64,000 nt of DNA from Candidatus Latescibacterota bacterium (GTDB lineage Bacteria; Latescibacterota; UBA2968; GCA-2709665), in NCBI GenBank assembly GCA_965219995.1, contig CBDCOX010000002.1, positions 3,424,001 to 3,488,000 of the forward strand. The letters run 5' to 3'. Below the pieces are notes generated by a model that searched no databases, was not told where the DNA came from, and worked only from the letters and a program-made list of their open reading frames with translations. A program made the position numbers and the translations under genes. Below, one piece after another: positions 38,921-49,180 of the stretch. Positions within the stretch are counted from its first letter, which is position 1. Every line of letters starts with the position of its first letter.

Positions 38921-38987
38921 GACGGTCTCCGTTCAGGGATCCGTTCCGGCCGGTTTCTCCCGCCATCCATCCCGATCCGGTCTCTGA

Positions 38988-39314
38988 TCACTTCTCTTCC
39001 ACAACCCGCGAAACAGATCCCCGTGCGACCTCGAGGCGGACTTCCTTGGCGACCTGCACGACCAGGATGCCAGCTTCTTCTTTAACGCCCACAATCGTCC
39101 CGTGAATCCCCCCCGACGTCACGATTTTATCGCCCTTCTGCAGCGCGTCGATCATCGCCTGTTGCGCCTTCTGCTTCTTGATCTGAGGGCGAAAGATCAG
39201 CAGATAGACGACGACGACCATTAATAGCAGGGGGAAGATCTGCATCAGAAATCCCGGCTGGGACCCGTCGGCCGGCTGGCCGCCCATGGCAAATGCTTCA
39301 GTTACGCCAAACAA
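38988..39314 (-). CDS. yajC: Preprotein translocase subunit YajC
   Basis: YLLIFRPQ.K, LQKGDKIVTSGGIHG; TTG start after AAGGAGG. Confidence 0.94.
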   Translation of the reverse strand: MFGVTEAFAMGGQPADGSQPGFLMQIFPLLLMVVVVYLLIFRPQIKKQKAQQAMIDALQKGDKIVTSGGIHGTIVGVKEEAGILVVQVAKEVRLEVARGSVSRVVEEK

Positions 39315-39363
39315 AGGAGCCCTCCTTGAAGGAATCAGGAACGTGAATTGAACCGGAAAATCG

Positions 39364-40536
<1,173 letters not shown>

Positions 40537-40675
40537 TCAACAGGAACCCGGTCAACCGGAACAAACGAGTCTTCGGTTATGATGCCGAAGACTTCGCTGC
40601 GCGATTGCCGCAGTGCGATGGTTTTCTGCGCCCTTTCTCTTCACGGGAATCGGTCCCCGGCCCGGACGCAGACCA

Positions 40676-40704
40676 AATATACCAAGCGTCAAGTTGCAAG
40701 TCAA
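40676..40704 (-). promoter_or_regulatory. Sigma70-like promoter for tgt-yajC-fmt
   Basis: TTGACT-17 nt-TATATT on the minus strand. Confidence 0.6.
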
Positions 40705-40770
40705 CGTGTATTGAAATCTGAGCAGGATTGGCTCCATATCCGGTCCGCAGCGACAATCGTCGCCGACGTT

Positions 40771-42006
40771 TTACCTGACGGCTTCCCCGGCATCGATGAA
40801 CTCGAATCCGCGTTTTTCGAGTTCCGGCAGCACGCGTTCGAGTGCAGCCAGCGTGGCTGGCAGCGCGCGTCCGATGCCGATAACGGTTCCCGAAATGCCG
40901 GCCGTTTCAGCCAGGGCCTCCACGGACCGTTCGACCGACTCCTGCGTTTCCTTCCTGTCCAGAAACATCGAGTTTCGTCCGGCAGGCATTCCCTTTTGCT
41001 CCGCGACAGACCATGCCTTCGACCGCGGACTGGTAAAACTGTCTACGAAAAAGAGACCATGGCGGTCCACTTCTTCCAATACCCTGCCGATTGCCGCCGG
41101 ATCCTCCGTCAACCGCGACCCCATATGGTTGTTCAATCCCGTTGCCTGAGGCAGGTTCACACGCGCCGTCCGAATCAGCGACCTGACTTTTTCCGGCGGA
41201 TGGTCCGTCAACACCGTGTTGGGACCCGGGTCCGGGCGAGGATACCCCAGGGGTTCCATCGACAGATATACCATGACTCCGTGTCCGGCCGCGGCCGCCT
41301 GCTCGGCAATCCACGCGGATTTTTCCCGACCGGGAAATACCGAGAGCGTTATCGTCTGTTTCAACGCGCAGAATCCCCGAACCAATGCCTCGTCCTGATG
41401 CCCGAAATCGGCCACTATAATGGCGATTCTGCCCGCCATTCGATCGAGCGCTCTTTTCCGTTTCAATATGATCTGATTCGTGCGGACGCCGTCTATGCCC
41501 ACAAACATCGACAGTCTGCCGCGCTTGCGATCCTCAACGGCTTCAATGACGTCGCCGCCCAGTCGACGGGCAAGCCGCGTCAGGTGAAGATTGCAGACCG
41601 CCAATGGCAACGCGCCGGGTACGTCCGAGGTCGTCACCCAGCGGGCGGTACCGTCGGTGTGGGCCGCCGACCGTTTCACGGACACGACCCTGTCGGGAAC
41701 CCCGAGCCTCTTCAGTACAGCCGGCGCCCGTGATGCCACGGAATCTGCAAACGCCAGCGGACCCGCCGGAAGCGTCCGCAACTGCATCTGCCGGTTGAAC
41801 GCGATTTCACGTTCATAGGGAGGCGATTCCATCGTGCGCCACCGCATCCATCCGGCGAGGCCGGCGACCAGGGCCAGGAGAAATGCCAGCGACCAGAGGC
41901 GAAACGACAACCTTCGCCGCCTGCGGGCCATCCTCTTTCGGCGGGACCGGCGAGTCTTTTCCGGCGCGCCCCGGATGCCGGGACGCGTGCGGGAGGTCTT
42001 TGCCAT
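40771..42006 (-). CDS. Divergent polysaccharide deacetylase family protein
   Basis: IAII.ADFG, MEP, GLNNHMGSRLT, FFVDSFT; N-terminal TM; start uncertain. Confidence 0.88.
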   Translation of the reverse strand: MAKTSRTRPGIRGAPEKTRRSRRKRMARRRRRLSFRLWSLAFLLALVAGLAGWMRWRTMESPPYEREIAFNRQMQLRTLPAGPLAFADSVASRAPAVLKRLGVPDRVVSVKRSAAHTDGTARWVTTSDVPGALPLAVCNLHLTRLARRLGGDVIEAVEDRKRGRLSMFVGIDGVRTNQIILKRKRALDRMAGRIAIIVADFGHQDEALVRGFCALKQTITLSVFPGREKSAWIAEQAAAAGHGVMVYLSMEPLGYPRPDPGPNTVLTDHPPEKVRSLIRTARVNLPQATGLNNHMGSRLTEDPAAIGRVLEEVDRHGLFFVDSFTSPRSKAWSVAEQKGMPAGRNSMFLDRKETQESVERSVEALAETAGISGTVIGIGRALPATLAALERVLPELEKRGFEFIDAGEAVR

Positions 42007-42182
42007 AGGTGCCGGAGGAAGCGTGGAACGCGTGAGGCAGACCCGAACGCGAAGCGGCCTGGACAATCGGAGCCAGGTTCACTTCCGGATCAATCGAAAT
42101 GTAAAACAAGCGGATTTAGTGGGGGGAGAATTGCCGTGCCTGAATTCCGGAGCCGGGGAGATAGAGCGCGTCCGTGGGAAAT

Positions 42183-43139
42183 TCAGGGCACCGAAAAACT
42201 GATGGGTCGCGGCACAAAGCACAGCAGGAAGATAACCAGCGAAACGTACCCCATCAGTTTCCGAAACGGATCAAGGGCCAAATGCGGGTCGTCCGGCGGG
42301 GAATGCCGGCGCCCCAGCGCCAACGCGATCAGTAGCCAGATGAGCCAACCCGGCCACCGGGTGTCGAGCCAGGTCGAAAATCCGTGTTGGGCGTAAAGCC
42401 AGTCATAGGGCGGTCCCAGCGCCCATAAGGCGCCAAGCGTGACCAGCGCCATCTTCGAAACGAGCGCGTGTACCTTCCCTCCTCCGAAGGCAAATACAAT
42501 ATGCCCGCCGTCGAACTGTCCCAGCGGCATCAGGTTCAGCGCCGTCACAAAGAGACCCAGCCATCCGGCCACGAAGATCGGATGGTCGTAAATTGCATAC
42601 CCGTCGGGAAGATCCCCGATAATCTGATGCGACAGCCAGCCGCCCAGGATGGAATTTCCGAGTGAAATTCCGCCCCCCGCGAACGTCGAAACGGGTACGA
42701 TTGGCGACAGATGCAATCCGACAACAAGAGCGAGCAGGGCGACCACGAAGCCGGCAAGCGGTCCGGACGCCCCGATGTCCATCAGCGCGCGCCGGTTCGG
42801 AATGGGGGACCTGATTTTGATTACCGCGCCCAGGGTGCCGATGAAAGAAGGGAACGGAATGAAAAAGGGCAGGGTTGCGCGCACCTTCCAGTGGCGTGAA
42901 GTAAGATAGTGCCCCATCTCGTGGATGCCCAGGATCAGAAGCAACGTTCCGGAAAACGGCAACCCCATAATCAGATATTTGGGATTCCACAGCAGGGAAA
43001 GCGAAAGGGAATCAGGTGGCAAGGACCCCGGAGAAACCGCCAGGCGCATAGCCACCGCCATTTGCACGCCCGCCGCGGTTGTCGTGTACGCCGTGAGGGC
43101 GAACAACAACACGTTGAGCCGGATGCGGTCTCCTGACAA
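42183..43139 (-). CDS. Site-2 protease (M50) family
   Basis: HEMGH, GPLAG, NLMPLGQFDGGH. Confidence 0.94.
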   Translation of the reverse strand: MSGDRIRLNVLLFALTAYTTTAAGVQMAVAMRLAVSPGSLPPDSLSLSLLWNPKYLIMGLPFSGTLLLILGIHEMGHYLTSRHWKVRATLPFFIPFPSFIGTLGAVIKIRSPIPNRRALMDIGASGPLAGFVVALLALVVGLHLSPIVPVSTFAGGGISLGNSILGGWLSHQIIGDLPDGYAIYDHPIFVAGWLGLFVTALNLMPLGQFDGGHIVFAFGGGKVHALVSKMALVTLGALWALGPPYDWLYAQHGFSTWLDTRWPGWLIWLLIALALGRRHSPPDDPHLALDPFRKLMGYVSLVIFLLCFVPRPISFSVP

Positions 43140-43211
43140 AAAAGCCTCGTTCTCAGCGTGAATTTCGTAAAGCGCCAGGTTAAAGCAAAGCGGGTCCGGC
43201 TTCCAGGCCGG

Positions 43212-44108
43212 TTACCTGATTCCGAACTCCAGCCGATGTGAACCGTCGAGCCCCAGTGAGGCCGGCACATAGGCATATTCCATTCGCCAACCGCCCGGCT
43301 GAATCCCGAATCCGAAGGACCAGTCGCGAATGTCATTCCCCGTTCGGTACCCGCCCCGCAGACACAACGCGCCCTTTACGCGCAGTTCCAGACCTGCATG
43401 CATACCCGCGGAGCCGTGTCTGGGTGCGCGCAGGTCGAGAGAGCCGGTTAGCCATTTCGCTCGCCAGGCGATCCCCGCTCGAAAGGTTCCCGGCAGAGGC
43501 GCCCTCTGCGCGTCCATCGCCTCCATCCGACCCAGATTCCGATAGCTGGCTCCCGCAGTCAGACCCTTATTCTCGAAGCGGTAGAGTAAGCCGAAATCCA
43601 CGCTGACTCCGGATGCCCGTTCGGGCCCTATGGATTCGTGCAAAGCGCGCAAGGTTGTGCCAGCGTAGAATCCTCCCTTGATCCGTCTTGCATACGAGAG
43701 CCCCGTGTTGATTTCGTAAATGCCGAACGTACCCTGTGGTTGCGCGGACGGACCGGTGCGCGCCTCGATTCCGCTAACGGAATAGATGCCCAGGCTCAGA
43801 GCCACGCCGGACCGGTTGTTGCCATATGCCCATCCGCCATAAATCTGCTGGATTTCCTGAAACGAACTGTGATGAGTGATCAGAAAATCCTTTCCCGTCA
43901 GCGCGCCGATGCCCGCCGGATTCCAGGACGCGGCCGTCTGATCGACCGCAACCGCGGTATACGCGCCGCCCATCGCCTCCGCGCGGGCGCCTACTCCCTC
44001 CCGAAGCAGTACGAATCCCGCGCCCTTTCCGGACGCCTCTGCCCCGCCCGCAGATCCCAGTGCCATTAAAATACCGAAGACCGATAAACCTTGTCTGAAA
44101 GACCTCAC
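43212..44108 (-). CDS. PorV/PorQ family outer-membrane beta-barrel protein
   Basis: Signal peptide, GARAEAMGGAYTA, WNPAG, LRGGY, C-terminal beta-strand. Confidence 0.85.
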   Translation of the reverse strand: MRSFRQGLSVFGILMALGSAGGAEASGKGAGFVLLREGVGARAEAMGGAYTAVAVDQTAASWNPAGIGALTGKDFLITHHSSFQEIQQIYGGWAYGNNRSGVALSLGIYSVSGIEARTGPSAQPQGTFGIYEINTGLSYARRIKGGFYAGTTLRALHESIGPERASGVSVDFGLLYRFENKGLTAGASYRNLGRMEAMDAQRAPLPGTFRAGIAWRAKWLTGSLDLRAPRHGSAGMHAGLELRVKGALCLRGGYRTGNDIRDWSFGFGIQPGGWRMEYAYVPASLGLDGSHRLEFGIR

Positions 44109-44221
44109 GACATACTCCTCGATCCAAGCGTCTCGTCCCCGAAATTCGTCACCGTGCAACAAACGATTGATCCGGTCTCGCTACGTCTATCGATCCACGT
44201 GTGCCGAGCGTTTCAAAACGT

Positions 44222-44363
44222 GGTCATTGAGCTTGTCGAAATGCCCGTGTTTCGCACCCTGTTTGGATCCTTCTATGCCCCTCGCCGACCCTTCGACAAG
44301 CTCAGGGTGCGGCTCAGGTCGCAGGCGCTGGTTCTCGATCGTTGTCCTGAGCCAGTTGAAGGG
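44222..44363. repeat. Cluster of REP-like inverted repeats
   Basis: TGAGCTTGTCGAA (44228), TTCGACAAGCTCA (44292), CCTGAGCCAGTTGAAGGG (44346). Confidence 0.7.
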
Positions 44364-44520
44364 CCAATCTGAGGATGCAAGCCGGGCGATTCGGCGACCG
44401 GATCTCGGCTATCTGTCTTCTGGACAGAACACTCGCGCCATGCGGAATCTCGATTCTTTCAAACTTTAACCCATGCGGTCGAAAGAGTCAATATCCAATG
44501 GGGCCTTTTTCGCAAGCAGG

Positions 44521-45537
44521 CTAGCGCAAGGCCACGTCGTGCGCATTCTCATCTGCCGCTTTCTGAATTCTGAGCACCGTTCTGGCGGAACGAATCACCG
44601 ACTCCGTGTGCCGTTCCCCGGTTTCCGCGTCGCCCTTGATATCCTTTAAAAACGCCTCCAGGTATCCTCCGGACCGATCTTCCGGTACCGGTCGCGTTTC
44701 CACCCGTTCCGAATCCTTCCACGCTACCTGGATGGTATCCTGCGTCGTGCCGGCTTCGAGCACGCCGTCCCGTCCCCAAAACGTGTAACGCCAATAGAAC
44801 GGGAGGGAATATCCCGCTTTGTCCGGCATGAAGTACGAAACGTCTCCGAGCACGCCGCAACCGTTGTCCATCGTCAACATCATCTGCGCACCGTCGTGAA
44901 AATGCGGATACTCCGGCGCGAATGCATTCCAGCATCTGGCGGCGTTCGCTGTTTCGAATTCCAGGCCCGTAATCCACGGAAGGCAGTCGATTGCGTGAAT
45001 GGCGAGGTCGTTGATCGTGCCCCCGTGTTTGCCCTCCTCGAAATACCAGCCCGGGCGCCTGCCCAGCATCAGGGGGTGCTGCCCGCCGAATGAAATCGCG
45101 TGGACCTCGCCGATCGTTCCCTCCCGGATCAACTTCCTGGCGCCGATGGTCTGTCCGTGGTCCCGCATCGACAGCATGCAACCTACCTTCAATTCCGTCT
45201 CACCCGCGATTCGTTCGATTTCGTCGAGCTCATCGAGACAGGTGCACAGCGGTTTATCCACGATGACATGCTTCCCTTCGTTCAACGCTTGGATGGCCGC
45301 ACTGCCGCGCCGGGCGAAATACTCTCCGATGGCCACGACGTCGCAATCCACGTCGCGCAACATCCCCGATGGATCCGAATGCGTGATTCTTGCCCCGGCT
45401 ACCTCAGCCGCCGCACGGGCCGCCTCATCCGTTTCGCAGGCGGCCACCACCTCCACGTCATTGTGCGCGACCGCCTTTTTGTACAGATCGTGAATATGCG
45501 CATGACGAAATCCGACAAAAGCAAACCGAACCGACAT
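44521..45537 (-). CDS. Gfo/Idh/MocA family oxidoreductase
   Basis: GKHVIVDKP, GGTINDLAIHAID. Confidence 0.9.
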   Translation of the reverse strand: MSVRFAFVGFRHAHIHDLYKKAVAHNDVEVVAACETDEAARAAAEVAGARITHSDPSGMLRDVDCDVVAIGEYFARRGSAAIQALNEGKHVIVDKPLCTCLDELDEIERIAGETELKVGCMLSMRDHGQTIGARKLIREGTIGEVHAISFGGQHPLMLGRRPGWYFEEGKHGGTINDLAIHAIDCLPWITGLEFETANAARCWNAFAPEYPHFHDGAQMMLTMDNGCGVLGDVSYFMPDKAGYSLPFYWRYTFWGRDGVLEAGTTQDTIQVAWKDSERVETRPVPEDRSGGYLEAFLKDIKGDAETGERHTESVIRSARTVLRIQKAADENAHDVALR

Positions 45538-45746
45538 ATCGCCTCCCGGTCTAATCAATACAAGGTTAGTGTCAGTTTTCCCTTTCGCGTTCCAGGCTGT
45601 TACATTACTATTCGCAATAATATACCTTACAAGCGAATCCAAATCCTGAAAAAACGCCAGCCGAATGCCTGTTAGACCATCGCTGCCCGTGAACGGATCG
45701 GGCGCAGGCTTCTTCCGAACCCGCACCATCCGAAAGAGGTGCCGAC

Positions 45747-46586
45747 ATGCCGAATCTACTCAGCCAGCAGCAACTCGCCTTCTTCGACACGTTCGGATAT
45801 CTGCGCCTGCCGGGGCTGATGTCGGACGTTATAGACGACATTATCGACGCATTCGAGCATGTCTGGACTGACCACGGCGGCGGACATCATGGAAAGCCGC
45901 ACGACGGAGATCGGCGGTCGTGTATCGTACCGTTTATCGACCAGCACGAACGCCTCTGTGCACTGCTCGACGATCCCCGCATCAACGGTTTGCTCGTCGA
46001 CCTCCTGGGCTGCGACTACAACTACGTCGGCTCCGACGGCAACTACTACGCGGGTGATACCGTCTGGCATTCCGACGGCTGGGGCAAGACCGTCCGCTTT
46101 GTCAAGATCGCCTTCTACCTCGATCCCCTGACCCGGAACACCGGCTGTCTGCGGGTGGTCCCCGGGAGCCATATGCTGGACGATCGCTTTGCGAATGCCG
46201 TGCAGGATCAGATCCGGGAATCCGGAAGCAACTGGGGTGTCGAAGGCAGAGACCTCCTTCCCGGAATCGCGCTCGAATCCCAACCGGGAGATATCGCTGT
46301 CTTCAACCACAATCTCAAACACGCCGCCTTCGGCGGAAGCCCCCGGAGGCGCATGTTCACCATCAACTGTTCACAGCGCTTTCCCGAGAATCGAATCGAA
46401 GACTTCAAGAGTTACATCTCCGGCCATGCGCGATTCTGGATCGACCGGTTATACGGCGAGACGATGGTCGCAACCGCCGGCCCCGAACGCCGGACCCACC
46501 TGGAGCAGGGGTTGGCGCACGACGGCCACCTGGCCGGACTTGCCGCCAGGGCGCGCGCGGAAATGCCCGAACCTTCCCGGGGATGA
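45747..46586 (+). CDS. PhyH family dioxygenase
   Basis: FFDTFGYL, WHSD, GCLRVVPGSH, PGDIAVFNHNLKH. Confidence 0.92.
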   Translation: MPNLLSQQQLAFFDTFGYLRLPGLMSDVIDDIIDAFEHVWTDHGGGHHGKPHDGDRRSCIVPFIDQHERLCALLDDPRINGLLVDLLGCDYNYVGSDGNYYAGDTVWHSDGWGKTVRFVKIAFYLDPLTRNTGCLRVVPGSHMLDDRFANAVQDQIRESGSNWGVEGRDLLPGIALESQPGDIAVFNHNLKHAAFGGSPRRRMFTINCSQRFPENRIEDFKSYISGHARFWIDRLYGETMVATAGPERRTHLEQGLAHDGHLAGLAARARAEMPEPSRG

Positions 46587-46629
46587 ACAGCGCGGGCTCC
46601 GATGAAGAGACGTCCGTATATTCATTACA

Positions 46630-47892
46630 CTATTCAATGTATCCCAGGTTTCTCAATCTTGCGGCCAGAAGGTCCGCCTCGGCCTGTGTGGTTTCCTGTG
46701 TCCGAAGGTGTTTGTAATTCGACCCGTCCAGGATCTCTTTCCGCGCCGCCCTGTACGGGCCGGGATCTTCGCACCGCAGGTTTGCACCGCTGAACACGTC
46801 CCGCAACACGTGATCCTCGCCGACCTCTCCCTCTCTGTAGAATACCCGTCCGTCCGAAACCGACCACATGCATAAACCATCGACGTCCCTCTTCAGTTCC
46901 ACGCCGTCCATCGCCACGCGCGAAGTCACCCGTTCGCGGGCGGCCTCCAGGTTTCCCGGATTCAGGAATCCCGAGCCGTAGGAATTGTCGAGTTCCGAGT
47001 ACACCCAGCGGCGCCCAAAGGGTTCCGCACTCCCCAGAAAATCGAGACCATATCCTTTATAGTCTACCTCGAGTCCGGCCAGGTTGACGATCGTGGGGAA
47101 CAGATCGATCATCGACACGGGCCCCTCAGGCAACCTCAACCCGTTATCCGCCGGAACGGATGCCAGCAGCGGCACGTGGACGACATTCTCGTGTAGAAAG
47201 TCACCATGCGCCATCACCTCGTCGCAGAAGCCCTCGCCATGGTCTCCAAAGATGAATACCGCCCAATCGTCCAGGTCCACTCGCTTGAGGACCTCCACGA
47301 GCAGGAATTCCTGCACGTGCGTCGCCGCCGCGTAATAGAACCGCAGCGCCTCTTCCGCCCTTCCCGCATCCACAAGTGCCTTCAGGTTCGGCGCACCTCG
47401 AATCCCCCTCGCCCCGTACCCGCCGTGGGTATACCAGAAATGCAAGAAACAGAACCGGGGCCGGTCCTCTCCTTCGAACGCCGAATGTAACAGGTCTTCC
47501 ATGGATCCCAGATGCTGATCCTTCGCGGCGGGATCCATGGGACCGATAAACCGCTCGTAGTCCAGAAACCGGAACACGTCCATGCGCTCCGACCGGCCGT
47601 GGATTTCGAACCCCGCATCGGAGAACAACTGAAACAGATTGGGGATCCCGGCGAACATCTTCAGATACGTCTGCCCGTACAGTCCGTGCTCAAATGCATA
47701 TAACCCCGTGAACAGGGACGTGTGAGACGGGCGCGTCGCCGGGGCCGTCACGAAAAACCGCTCGCCGAAAGCGAAGTCCCTGGTCAGCACGTCGAACTTT
47801 GGCGTGTTCAGCCGGCGATTGACGCGGCTCACGGCGTCGTACCGCAGGCAGTCGACGGATATCAGCAGGAATTTTTCGACCTGACGGCCCAT
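46630..47892 (-). CDS. Sulfatase-like hydrolase/transferase (alkaline phosphatase superfamily)
   Basis: LISVDCLRYD, TRPSHTSLFTG, GDHGE, HVPL, SMIDLFPT, LRNLGYIE. Confidence 0.88.
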   Translation of the reverse strand: MGRQVEKFLLISVDCLRYDAVSRVNRRLNTPKFDVLTRDFAFGERFFVTAPATRPSHTSLFTGLYAFEHGLYGQTYLKMFAGIPNLFQLFSDAGFEIHGRSERMDVFRFLDYERFIGPMDPAAKDQHLGSMEDLLHSAFEGEDRPRFCFLHFWYTHGGYGARGIRGAPNLKALVDAGRAEEALRFYYAAATHVQEFLLVEVLKRVDLDDWAVFIFGDHGEGFCDEVMAHGDFLHENVVHVPLLASVPADNGLRLPEGPVSMIDLFPTIVNLAGLEVDYKGYGLDFLGSAEPFGRRWVYSELDNSYGSGFLNPGNLEAARERVTSRVAMDGVELKRDVDGLCMWSVSDGRVFYREGEVGEDHVLRDVFSGANLRCEDPGPYRAARKEILDGSNYKHLRTQETTQAEADLLAARLRNLGYIE

Positions 47893-47911
47893 AGCCTCTC
47901 TGTTAAATGCC

Positions 47912-47945
47912 TGAACTTACATGGATGGACAGGATCAACTGGATA
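47912..47945. repeat. 9-mer-based motif, copy 1
   Basis: TGAACTTACATGGATGGACAGGAT is identical to 63034-63057. Confidence 0.8.
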
Positions 47946-48082
47946 GAAACCAGAACGCCTGAAGACTCCAATTAAGTCCAGAATTCGTCGTTTGGCAAGT
48001 ACATCGATCCCGATTTATTCAAACGTTGACAACCCGCAAATCCCGTTTATCATGTCGGGGGACCTTTGCATTGGAAACCATT

Positions 48083-49162
48083 ATGGAACCAACCGGGTGC
48101 GGGTTCGAACTGCGCGGCACGCTCGAATGCGGCTGGAATATCTTCAAACGCAGGGGATATTCAAATCATCCGCGGGACATATCGGTCAACCACGCCTATA
48201 TCGACCACCTTGCCGAGTCCGGCCTGAACTGCCTGGTTGTGTTCTGGACCAATGCCAGAGGTTTCAACGACGCGTGGCATGATGCGGTAGAACATGCGCA
48301 TGCTGTCGGACTGAAACTCATCCGCGCCATCTACGGATTCAGCGGCGGCGGTTCCGAATACACCATGGCGGAACCGGACGCGCCTGCGCACCTGCTGCGG
48401 CCCGGCGTGAAGGGGCCAGATATCGCCCTCTGTCCGCACGACGCTGAAACACGCGCCTGGATGGGTGATATTATGGCCGATCGACTCGCGCCCGGAGTGG
48501 ACGGCATCGACATCGAGCCCGCGCGTGAAATCGGCCGAAACTGCGTATGCGAACGCTGCCGGGCCCTGCGCCCCTTTCAGTGGGACGCCTTTGTTATCGG
48601 TATTATCGCGGAACGCCTGTACGCCATCAGGCCGGATCCCGAAATCCTTCTACACCTCAGCATGGCGCCCGATAAAGCCGGAAAACAGCAGATGTCGATG
48701 GACCTCCAAGGTCTGCCCGAATCCATCCGCCACATCTTCGCCTGGGGCGCGGACGACGAAGCAAGCCTGGTCGACTGGCTTGACGCGGATTCCAGATTCG
48801 AACACTTCGCCAAACTCGGCCGCGTCCTGCTCTTCCCCGACGGGACGCCGGCGGTCCTCTCCGTCCAGGAGCGCGTCGCACGCACCTTTCGGTGGTGCAA
48901 GCTGGCCGCGGACCGGAAAAAGACCGGATATCTCTTCGACTACCGCATTTTCGGGGGAAGAGAGTGGCAGAGGCACGAAAACGACGTCCCCCGAACCCGA
49001 ACCGGCCGCAAACGGCCCGCATCGGTCGCACTGATGGGTGCGGCTATGAAGAATCCGTATCTGGACGATGCCGGCCGCCTTGAACTCATCGCCCGCCTGA
49101 AGTCCGAGTGCGACTGGGACCTGGATAATCCCGTTCGATTCTACCATTCACCGTCGGAATGA
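48083..49162 (+). CDS. Hypothetical protein, possibly glycoside hydrolase-like TIM barrel
   Basis: LCP, VDGIDIE, CVCERC motifs; long ORF at the head of an operon. Confidence 0.7.
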   Translation: MEPTGCGFELRGTLECGWNIFKRRGYSNHPRDISVNHAYIDHLAESGLNCLVVFWTNARGFNDAWHDAVEHAHAVGLKLIRAIYGFSGGGSEYTMAEPDAPAHLLRPGVKGPDIALCPHDAETRAWMGDIMADRLAPGVDGIDIEPAREIGRNCVCERCRALRPFQWDAFVIGIIAERLYAIRPDPEILLHLSMAPDKAGKQQMSMDLQGLPESIRHIFAWGADDEASLVDWLDADSRFEHFAKLGRVLLFPDGTPAVLSVQERVARTFRWCKLAADRKKTGYLFDYRIFGGREWQRHENDVPRTRTGRKRPASVALMGAAMKNPYLDDAGRLELIARLKSECDWDLDNPVRFYHSPSE

Positions 49163-49180
49163 AGCCTCCCTTATATTTTA

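Noticed and set aside
43212-44108. Type IX secretion system inferred from the PorV/PorQ-like gene
   Set aside because: No other T9SS components are in the window, and this family is widespread in FCB lineages.
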